DNA of 61,829 bases, counting the filler, from Choristocarpus tenellus KU-1152 (taxonomy: Eukaryota; Protista; Phaeophyceae), in NCBI GenBank assembly GCA_964200185.2. It is 10 parts of 10 records of this genome, joined end to end, with 100 filler letters (N's around TTAATTAATTAA, not from the genome) between each part and the next. Parts side by side here need not be neighbours in the genome. Positions count along the whole stretch, not along the records: positions 51,673 to 55,262 come from CAXNAD020019077.1; positions 55,363 to 59,196 come from CAXNAD020017660.1; positions 59,297 to 61,829 come from CAXNAD020026988.1; 7 more parts are not named here. The stretch is one strand, 5' to 3'. Below are positions 52,701 through 61,829 of this stretch, piece after piece (the first letter of the stretch is position 1; every line of letters starts with the position of its first letter). The notes beneath the pieces are model-generated. The model had not been told where the DNA came from and made no database searches. It saw only the letters and a list, made by a program, of their open reading frames with translations. Made by a program: the position numbers and the translations under genes.

Positions 52701-53831
52701 GTGGACGGGGGTAAAAGATGGATGTTTATATTTTTTCTTGTTACCATGCTTTTTTTGTGTTAGACATGGCAAAATGATGTCTTGATGCTAAATTATGTAT
52801 GTCTTCGTCTGTATTTTTTTAGTTGATTTATATTTGATTCTTTGAGCTGCTCTTTGCTTCATACAATCAAGTATAATGTAAAGAGCAGCAACAGTGATAT
52901 GTTTTGTGTTAATAATTGAAATCTCGCTCAAAAACGCCTCCCAAATGTTACGAGGCAAAGAGACTTCACTCTTTTCTCTTTTTATGAAATTGTGTTTCTT
53001 GATGGGGCAGGGGTGGGCTTGCGATTTGGTTTCATTCCTACTGCTCCTCCGTGTTTGGTCGTTTGTAGTTGATAATGTTTTCTACTTCTTTTGATTTGAT
53101 GCATACGCATTTTCTCTTGATCAGTACATCATATATGATGCCTTTTGGGTGTTGGTTTGTTGACAATACGCTGCTGGGCGAAGAAGGTTGAAGCTTATTT
53201 GAATTTTTATGTTCTTTTTCACATAATTTTTTTGGTGGGTATTATGCGAATTATCTTCGTCGCATCTCAAACCACGCTTTAGGTATGTTGTGTTGATAAT
53301 CACATACCTTGTAGGCATTATGGCTGTACTGTAGAGCTCTGTGGCCATGCTTTCCCCCCCTCACTCAGTCTTGCTTGTTCTGATTGAATGGTCTTTTGAG
53401 GCAGTAAGCTATACAACTTGTACCATTTGCCCTTGTTCCTCCGATCTCTCAATGGAGTATGGAGGATTACAGCAATTGCAATAGGAGTCACCATTACTAT
53501 GGATCCTATATCTACTGTAAAATGCAACTACCTTGTGTAGAGTGTACTACCTATTGTACACCATTACTCCATTCTCCCTCCTCAAATGCATGCACTTGCT
53601 CTACGATTAAAAGTATAGTGGATGCACCAAATTAATATCAAATGAGAGGCGGTTGATGCAGTTTTCACCGAGAGTGGAGTACTGGCTCGCTAGTTGGAAG
53701 TGACAACATGTGTGTAATGATTGTTGTGTTTGTCTTCCGCTTGGGAGGAGGAGGGGAGGAGGGGCAAACAAGGTTGGCTGAGTGGGTAGTTGGAGATTTT
53801 TTTGTTTTGTGCTTGTCTACGTGAGGTATTT

Positions 53832-54097
53832 GAGAGAAAGTATCTTAGAGGGAACGAGTTTTGCCCTGTTTGTCCGTTTGTGACTTGGCTTCCCATGTTG
53901 TTTTTTATGACATTTTATCTACTCCGAAATATTTTGGAGTAGTAGATGAAATGTATACGTTATGAAAAGGTGTGTCCGAACTAGGATATTGACACTTCCA
54001 ACCAAACACGATAACCAAAATTACATCAAAATCCCAACATTGGATTTTGGGCCCCAAACGGACGCCGCTCTACCCTCGAAGTAAGATACTTCGACCC
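53832..54097 (-). mobile_element. MITE family A, TSD ATTT
   Basis: ATTT on both flanks. Confidence 0.9.
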
Positions 54098-55083
54098 ATT
54101 TACATCGATTTCAAGCAATGCATGCAATAATAGCTATATATATATATATACAGCAGGGAATATAAATATATATTTTATGTAATTATTATTGTCCAGAGAT
54201 GGTGAAGAAGAGGTGTACTAACTTCTTTTCTTCTTCTGACCTTGACCACTAAGTTACGGTTTGAAAGATCTAAAGTTAGGTGCGGTTTTGTTTGTTTTGT
54301 TTGCTATTTAATAGGTTCGTCATGAGGCAGGGTCCAATCAGTCGTGGGGAGTGTTCAGAATCACCAGTTGTGTCGCGGTGGGGTGCTTTCAGCAAACAAA
54401 CCCTAAGCTCTCTCCACCATCATACCTTAGGATAAGTTTTAATGGAGTCTCAGACCCGATGGGTGACGTCACGACTCTGTAACCGTCAACGGCAAGTGGT
54501 CTGAGAATTCTCAAGACTTCTCTTTGTTTGATGTTGATGGAACATTACCAATGACAAAGAAATGTGCGCGCGTATGTGGATTGGATTGAGATCAACTCCC
54601 CAAAAGGGACCTGTCCATCACAGGTTGATTGTGTTTTTTTTGGGGGGGGGATAATCATGAGTAGAAAATGAGGGAGTAATCGATTCTCCATGTTCACGCC
54701 CAAGGTATGAATAACAATATTGTTAACAGTAATCGAGACCTCTTCAGGGAGGACTCCAACAGAGGAGGGGGAGATTTCCATCTACTTTTAAGGTGAAGAA
54801 TATGACATGGTGATGGCAAGAATTGATTATTATTGAAACAGTATTGATGAACGTTGATGACTGGAGTACAGTGCTGCAAAAGATGCATTCGAGGATTCAC
54901 GTATTAGTTAGTGTGCAGTATGCTGTTGAAGTATCCCACACTGGACCCGCGGCTTTTATGGTGCTTTAAAGAAGGACAAAGAACAGCTTGATGTAGATGA
55001 TGAACAAAGTCAATATTGCAAGGGCCTTATGGTCTCGATTCCGCTGACTGAATATGTGGGTGAGACGAGCTTAAACAACCATT

Positions 55084-55179
55084 AACAGCCGATTTCAAAA
55101 ATTGAGGATGGAGCTTTGAAATGAAGAGCTTTTTGGAGGTAATGAAAAGCTCCATCCTCAATTTTTGAAATCGGCTGTT
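55084..55179. repeat. Perfect 34-bp inverted repeat with a 28-nt spacer
   Basis: AACAGCCGATTTCAAAAATTGAGGATGGAGCTTT (55084-55117) and its exact reverse complement (55146-55179). Confidence 0.97.
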
Positions 55180-55725
55180 CATTACCATTCTACAGTGTGG
55201 GGTTTGTAATCGTCCACACTAATTTACTATGAATAACTTATTTACTTGTCTTAAGTATAGAANNNNNNNNNNNNNNNNNNNNNNNNNNNNNNNNNNNNNN
55301 NNNNNNTTAATTAATTAANNNNNNNNNNNNNNNNNNNNNNNNNNNNNNNNNNNNNNNNNNNNTTTTAATTTTTTTTTTTTTTTTTTTTTTTTTTTTCTTG
55401 TTTTTTTTTTTTTCCTCTCCCCCCCCTCCCCCCCCCCCCCCCCCCCCCCCCTTCAATTTTTTTGGCATTTTTTGTGTTGGTGTATGTATGTCTGTGTTTT
55501 AGATGCGAGGTTTGCGTATACGGTAAGGACGAGTCTGTTTAGTCTGTTCAAATTGTTTCCAAGTGACAGTTCCGATTATTTTTATTATTATTATTATGGC
55601 GAGGGGCAGTGCGTCCCTCCCTAACCCTAAAGTTCAATACGATTCATCTCTGCAGCACAGAGCGTTTTCTGCGTGTTTGTAGCACATGTTGATAAATGAT
55701 AATCTATATTGATGTCATTTTGCAG

Positions 55726-57238
55726 GTTAAGATCAACAGGGTCAGTGAGTCTAGCCCACTAGCTGAAGACCTGCGTGGATTGAGGGCCCGCTTTGCGTAT
55801 GGGTATGTAGAGATGGAGCTGACCTTTACCATGGACCTCTACCCCTTCTATCCACCGCTGGTGAAGCTGGTGAGGAGATTTTGAAGAGATGGGCTGTGTG
55901 AAAGACCCAAAGTATCTGGGGGGGGGAAGTGGTCTACACCAGGGTGTCCATTTGGACCAAAATCAGGAAAAGTGTATTTACATTATCCATCCAACGTATT
56001 CAACCAAATCACTCCAAAATCGCGACTTGAAAAAAGTGACCCCAAATGGACAGCCGCTATCCCCCCCCCCCAGATACTTTAAGCCAAAAGAAATCATAAC
56101 TGTTCTCTTTTCCGGTTCTATTTTTTTTTATACCTTGAGCTGTGTGCCCTTTTCTTGAAAAAAAAAATGTGATCCCTCGTGGAGAGTTTAGGTTTGATTT
56201 AATTTACTTGTTGTTGCTGCTTGTGAAGCGTTCTGGAGTGTCTTACGTTAAACTGGGCTTTGACCAGGGCCGAGTGAGTGTTTCTGTGTTTCTTCACCAT
56301 GTGTGTTATTGTGTGCGTTGTTATTGTGTGCATTGTTATTGTGTGTGTATGTTTTTCCAATTGTTTTTTGTCTAAGAATATTGAAACTGCAAGAGCAGTT
56401 ATTTTTTTGTGATACATATATTTTTAATGTAGTTGTATGTGAACTGAATGTTTGAATAATCCTGCTGTTGGTTCCTGTAATGGTACATACTTCATGTGGT
56501 TCTGTTTCATTTTTTTCTGAAATAGGAACATAGGTTGTGTTTTAAAGCTAACACGCATATACAGGTGCTCGAGTGCAGACTGCCTTAAAATCCATAGCCT
56601 GTCCTTCTCAAATTCTTACATGGACATGCACTTCTTCCACAGATATACACATACACTACTTAAATACAAATGTACTGCTTGCATACATGTGATGCTACTA
56701 ACGTGCACATATACTACTTACATGTACAAATACTTCTTACATGTACATGTACTCCTTACGTAGGCATGCACTTGTTACACATATGTACAATTTCTTCCAC
56801 ATGCACATGCAGTTCTTACATACACATACACTTCTTACATACGCATACCGTTCTTACATACACATACAGTTCTTACATACACGTACAGTTCTTACATACA
56901 CATACAGTTATTACACACACACGTAATTTGAAGTATCAAGTAACTAATACAAGCGTTCATGTGTTATTGTACACGAACGCTTGTATGTCTGTAAGCAATT
57001 GAATGCAAATGCATTAACACACATACACACACATATAAACACATATAAACACACATATACACACATATAAACACACATATACACAGGTACGTCCTCGCTT
57101 CGAGGGTTTCATGATGGGGCGAATCACTTCCCTAGAGAACCTCCAACTATCAAGATGGTCCAGCGTCCAAGGGATGAAGACAGTGCTTGTGGGCATCAGG
57201 GCTGCTTTGGAGAAGTGGGGACGACTTGACCTCAACAG
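55726..57238 (+). CDS. Internal exons (55726-55869, 57087-57238) of a protein with a UBE2Q-like E2 domain, probably the type fused to a BIRC6-like UBC domain
   Basis: VKINRVSESSPLAEDLRGLRARFAYGYVEMELTFTMDLYPFYPPLVKL/VRPRFEGFMMGRITSLENLQLSRWSSVQGMKTVLVGIRAALEKWGRLDLN. The SPLAEDL, YPFxPP.V..V.P and W-S-S motifs are those of the UBE2Q fold; the phase-0 splice is consistent. Confidence 0.82.
55904..56085 (+). mobile_element. MITE family C, complete copy within an intron
   Basis: GACCCAAAGTATCT-G9 ... C11-AGATACTTT with subterminal GTCCATTTGG/CCAAATGGAC. Confidence 0.85.
56610..57086. repeat. Degenerate ~19-bp tandem repeat (TTCTTACATACACATACAG-like) followed by ACACATAT low-complexity sequence
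   Basis: Repeated TTCTTACAT units at 56790-56915 and (ACACATATA)n at 57016-57086. Confidence 0.85.
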
Positions 57239-57486
57239 GTGTGGGTGCTTTGAGAGGGATGTGTGTGTGTGTGTGTGTTTGTGAGAGTGGAGTAAAGGTA
57301 CGTACCATGATTGCTCATGGTGGTGGTGTAGGTGATTCAATAGTTGAAGAAGTGGTTGGTTAACTTATCCTTTTGTGAATTGAAGTGCTTTTTCATTGTT
57401 GCATGCAGTTGGTGTGACCTGCCTTGGTGTATGTACTGTGTGCTGGGAGATACTTGGCAAGTGCCCCATTTTTTGCAAAGGTCTTC

Positions 57487-57930
57487 GCCTCTTCAAAGCA
57501 TGTTGCTGATTATTACCATATACATAATGTATATATATAATGCCTCTTCAAAGCATGTTGCTGATTATTACCATATACATAATGTATATATATAATGCCT
57601 CTTCAAAGCATGTTGCTGATTATTACCATATACATAATGTATATATATAATGCCTCTTCAAAGCATGTTGCTGATTATTACCATTTATATAATGTATATA
57701 TATAATGCCTCTTCAAAGCATGTTGCTGATTATTACCATATATATATATATATATATAATGCCTCTTTCAAAGCATGTTGCTGATTATTACCATACATAT
57801 AATGTATATATATAATGCCTCTTTCAAAGCATGTTGCTGATTATTACGATACATATAATGTATATATAATGCCTCTTTCAAAGCATGTTGCTGATTATTA
57901 CCATACATATAATGTATATATATAATGCCT
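57487..57930. repeat. Minisatellite, ~55 bp x 8
   Basis: Unit GCCTCTTCAAAGCATGTTGCTGATTATTACCATATACATAATGTATATATATAAT. Confidence 0.97.
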
Positions 57931-58229
57931 TTTTTGCTTGTTTCTTTCTACTCCATAGTGTATCTTTGATATATTAACTTTTTTTTATTAAAAAAAAAAT
58001 GCAGTTTCTTTTCCAGCACCTTTGCACACTTGACAGAATCCTTTTTTGGTAGTAACTGCTAGATGCCACGTACTACTGTGTTTTTGTAGAGGATGGAAAA
58101 CACTTTTTTGTTGTATGCTGGGGGTTGTATTGTACCAATGGTTAGAGATTGTTGGTGCCTTGGTTTGGACTTTCAGAGTAGGCTCAAGTATGGAGGCGAT
58201 ACAATATGTGTAGTCTGGTAGATTGCTCT

Positions 58230-59090
58230 GTAATGCCTGTTCTGTGGCGATGTGCTCTGAGGTTGTTTACTTTAGGTCGAGTCTTCCAATATGTAACCGA
58301 ACTGTACCATCAATGTGCCGTTTATCTGGTGAGTATGGAGTAACCCTTTCGCCGTATGTGCTCTTCTACATAAGAGATTTGATTGAGGTCGTTTGTGCCC
58401 GTAGGGGAAATGGCGTTTTCCTTCAAAGCACCCCCCCCCCCCCCCGCAAGGTTAAATTTTCCTTTCATTTTTTTTTAATGAATTGCAATGGCTAAATGAT
58501 CCGGTATGAACTGTCAGTTTTTGTCTGCATGGTTTGAAGAAGTCTTGTTCGTTGTATTTTACTCTGATCAGAGTTACGGCCATATCAATGGAGACTTTTG
58601 AAACAGGGGCTTGTTGTCGTCCAATTTTTGAGGTTGTCAACTTGTTAAGGTCTCCCGCTGAAGTCCCAGAGTTGGTGATTTCACGTCTCCACGTTGTTTT
58701 CGTATAGCCCCTGTGGTCTCAAGGGGATGCTCTTGAAGGGACTCCTTTGAGTATTGTAGATTTGGAGACCAGAGGACTCTTCTGTTTGTCTGTCTGCATG
58801 TTGACGGAGGTAGAGCTCGGACCACAACCTGTTCCCAAGAACAACTTTCTTTTTGTGGGTATTTTTGAACGCTTTGGCCTTACAACATTTTGGGAAACCC
58901 GTGCGCTTGGATCGTTCGCCGTACCAGTGGTTTACCGACCGAGGGTTGTCTGCGCTGTGATGAGATAAGCAGCGTAGTAGCAATGGTGCTCTTGTTAGAG
59001 TGACGTGACTGGGGGGGTCTTGTTCTGCTGTCTGAAGATGTGCACGGACGGCTTTGTGAAAGACACTAGTGATGTAGTTTAGAGTAAGAG
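58230..59090 (-). mobile_element. Possible decayed LINE RNase H region
   Basis: SPLIWP*L*SE...SSNHADK resembles the W..SH...GN..AD motif; many stops. Confidence 0.25.
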
Positions 59091-60219
59091 GTGGTTACTG
59101 TTCTGAATTGTAGCGATTCAAGACCTGTGAATCGCTACGATTCAATCTATCCCAGAATATACTTTGGCGTTGGAATCGAAGGGGGTCAAAATATCTNNNN
59201 NNNNNNNNNNNNNNNNNNNNNNNNNNNNNNNNNNNNNNNNTTAATTAATTAANNNNNNNNNNNNNNNNNNNNNNNNNNNNNNNNNNNNNNNNNNNNGTCC
59301 CTCGCAGGGCATTGGGTGGGAGTTCTGGGAAGCTTTCCAAATTTGCAACCACAACCTCAAACCCCCCCCCCCCCCACCCTGCTCTCTTCACCTCTTTGCC
59401 CTTCCACAATATGCCTTGTCAACACGGCTCCCTTTTCAACGGTCCCCCGATCCTGCCCAAGTAGCATGCCCGTACTCCTGTGGTCTCATCTTTTGAGTTC
59501 TCTTGCTATTCCCTGGTCAAAGGCTGATTCCCAATCTTTGCATGATCCCTTCTGATGCTTTTGGACTGGGTGAAAGGAATTTGGAAGTGTGTAGGCGGAT
59601 GGAAAGTCAACAAATTGATTGTGGAAATATTGGAGCCCTAAGCCTTAACCCTACATGTCGTTAAAAAAAAACTAACCCTACTTTTTAGTCCTGTCGCTTT
59701 CTATACCTAATGGTTGCCTGCCCTCCCCAACCGGAGTCACATACAACCTACCCCTGTCTTTGCTTGTTTCTCCTGACTACTGGGTTCAACACAAATACTC
59801 AAAAAGTTCTTTACACCTTCCATGCTCAGCTGACTCCTCCCCAGCCTCCTCTTGAGTATAGGAATTGGAGATGCATTGACAGTTGGCCGGTTCCAAGGCA
59901 GAATTTGTGGAGTATTAGGATTTGTATGTATGCTTCACCCCTTTCCTACCCTAACCCTCATGTAGACACCTATATCCCCTACTCCTGTGTACACCCTGTT
60001 CATTGGCCCCTACCGCCACTGTTCCTCTTTCCCCCACCCCTCTTTTCTTTTTTAGCTAGATGGAGCATTGTAGCATGGTGTTAATATATCCTCCCCTCAA
60101 TCTAAATACATCCATTTGCGACCCCTCATTCAACTCGAAACTATTGGAGGCGTTTGTGGCATACTACTATAACCATATGTAGATGCACATCTCATTAACC
60201 ACACTATTCTGCCATGACC

Positions 60220-60259
<40 letters not shown>

Positions 60260-60589
60260 ACACCCCCCTCCGCGCCCCCCCGCGTTCCCTCCCCCCCCGC
60301 CGCTCTTTCCTGCTTTTTCTTTTGTTGTGTTTTTGTGTTNNNNNNNNNNTTTGAGCGCTTGGTTCCTACCTCTCTACCCCTATTTTGCTCCCCCCCCCCC
60401 TAACCCCCCCCTTCTCCCCTCTCCCCCCCCCCCCCCCCCCCCCCTCATTGACTTGAACTGATCGTCCCGCTATTGGGGCACCGTGCAATGCGCTCCTGCT
60501 ATCACTTTCTTTCACTGTGGGCACTGGTTGTTCATGCTTTGTAGCAAGGACAATGAAGTATAATGCTGAAGTCACAATATATCATAGCC

Positions 60590-61800
60590 CCAGTTCTTAC
60601 TTTATTGGCAATCCCCAAGCTACCACCCTACAATGTCACCTAATATGGTAAATTTCACCTTTAAGTCAAATGTGCATCTCAGCTTGTAAGCAAAGTGATG
60701 TAAGAGCTTCCAATAATCATGTGATTGGCATGTACTGATTATCCCACGTTTTGTCACAATACGATATTCTCACACGATTGACTTGTTTTGCCGTTACTAA
60801 TTGTTTTTAATGGTTCTATCCCGGAAGGCAAAGCCTACTTACTGCTAATCACTTGTCGATCTTATCCCCAATTCTTAATTTTGTGGCATTCACTTCACCT
60901 GGCATCCCACCCTACCAAGTGCCCTAAAGTAGTAGCACTTAAGAATGTGATGTACAGGTTTTTCTTAGTAGATTTTTACTAATGCCAAGGGATATCCCAG
61001 CTTGTAGGTAAAGCTCTGCTTAAAACTTCCGTCTAGTTGTTTCGACAGGATGCTTGATTCAAAGGGTGTCTATCCCTAGTGCCCATCTCATTTCTAGCCT
61101 TGGACCCTCCACATGTGACCCTTTCTTGAATTAGCCACCTCTTTTTCATCCTACAATAAGCCCTCACGGGTTGGTTTCATCCCAAGTCATTCGGGACAAA
61201 TGCTATTGGCAGCTGGAACAAAGTATTCATTCTATCGCTGATGGACATAGACTTGATATGCCCCCCAGATATAAATCTCACATGATATCTGAATGGCAAT
61301 CACTCTACAATTGGCCTCACCTGTATGCATGTATGTGTTTGTGTCACATGTACCAAGGGATATTGAGGTATACTACAAGCTAAGGGGGGGTTAAATTGTT
61401 AGGATAATTTCAAGGGGACTCCATTCAGATATATCCTTCTCTAGTAACTCCCAATGTTTGCCCTGGTTCTTCAATTTATGACTATGGTGGATAATGCAGG
61501 GTGGAAATTTCTCCAGAGTAAGAAACAAGAGGGTTACAGAAAATGCTTTTATTAGTAGTACCACAGAAGAACAATTGCTTCTGTTATGAGGGACCCTCCC
61601 TCCTCCCCCAGAACAGAAGCAAATCAGATTCATGGGATGGAGGAGATAATATTTTCAAGCACACATGTGAAAGAATGTGGACCCTGGATAGGGCTACGGC
61701 CTCAGTGAATGCTCTGTGCTGACGCAGGAGCCAAATCCGTGATGACATGGTTTTTAGTCCCAACAGCTGTTCCGTGTTAATTTGGGGTGGTAGGCCCTGG
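60590..61800 (+). mobile_element. Decayed LINE reverse transcriptase
   Basis: Ordered fragments: LLAIPK (~60603), PGIPPTKCPKVVAL (~60898), frameshifted QGDIP (~60986) and SIADG...KSHMIS (~61231, ~FADD...KADIVS). Confidence 0.5.
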
Positions 61801-61829
61801 TCATTATGAAGGGTCAAAATAACTGGGGG

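Noticed and set aside
57487-57930. CRISPR-like regular repeat array
   Set aside because: The whole 55-bp unit repeats with no unique spacers, the context is eukaryotic and there are no cas genes; it is a minisatellite.
60220-60445. Poly-proline ORF 60183-60461
   Set aside because: Poly-C low-quality sequence around an N gap.

Overview
Eukaryotic nuclear DNA, most likely a brown alga (Phaeophyceae) or close ochrophyte. This is inferred from GT-AG introns, a stramenopile-type tyrosinase, hAT and non-LTR remnants resembling brown-algal elements, and TTAGGG repeats. The window is not one locus: it is ten contigs joined by nine artificial N44-TTAATTAATTAA-N44 spacers, so nothing can be linked across spacers. 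Three partial host genes have phase-consistent exons: a tyrosinase-like type-3 copper protein (2267-6010, -), the USP5/UBP14 3' end (48201-49776, -) and a UBE2Q-like/UEV domain gene (55726-57238, +). There is one tRNA-Ala(AGC). The rest is mostly decayed mobile DNA: a large radiation of GRG...CYC MITEs with 4-bp TSDs (Sola2-like hallmarks), a TIR-bounded PlantMar-like mariner, and hAT, IS630/Tc1-like and LINE relics. The most notable observations are: (1) three frameshifted genes on three different contigs (18.4-19.5, 21.4-24.8, 39.8-42.5 kb) that appear mutually homologous and carry a ParB/Srx-like motif pattern, possibly cargo of an undescribed large mobile element; (2) short telomeric tracts concentrated in host-gene introns, forming one splice donor and sitting at two likely branch points, in CpG-depleted DNA; (3) a perfect 34-bp hairpin. 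All translations and alignments were done by eye; no database search was run.
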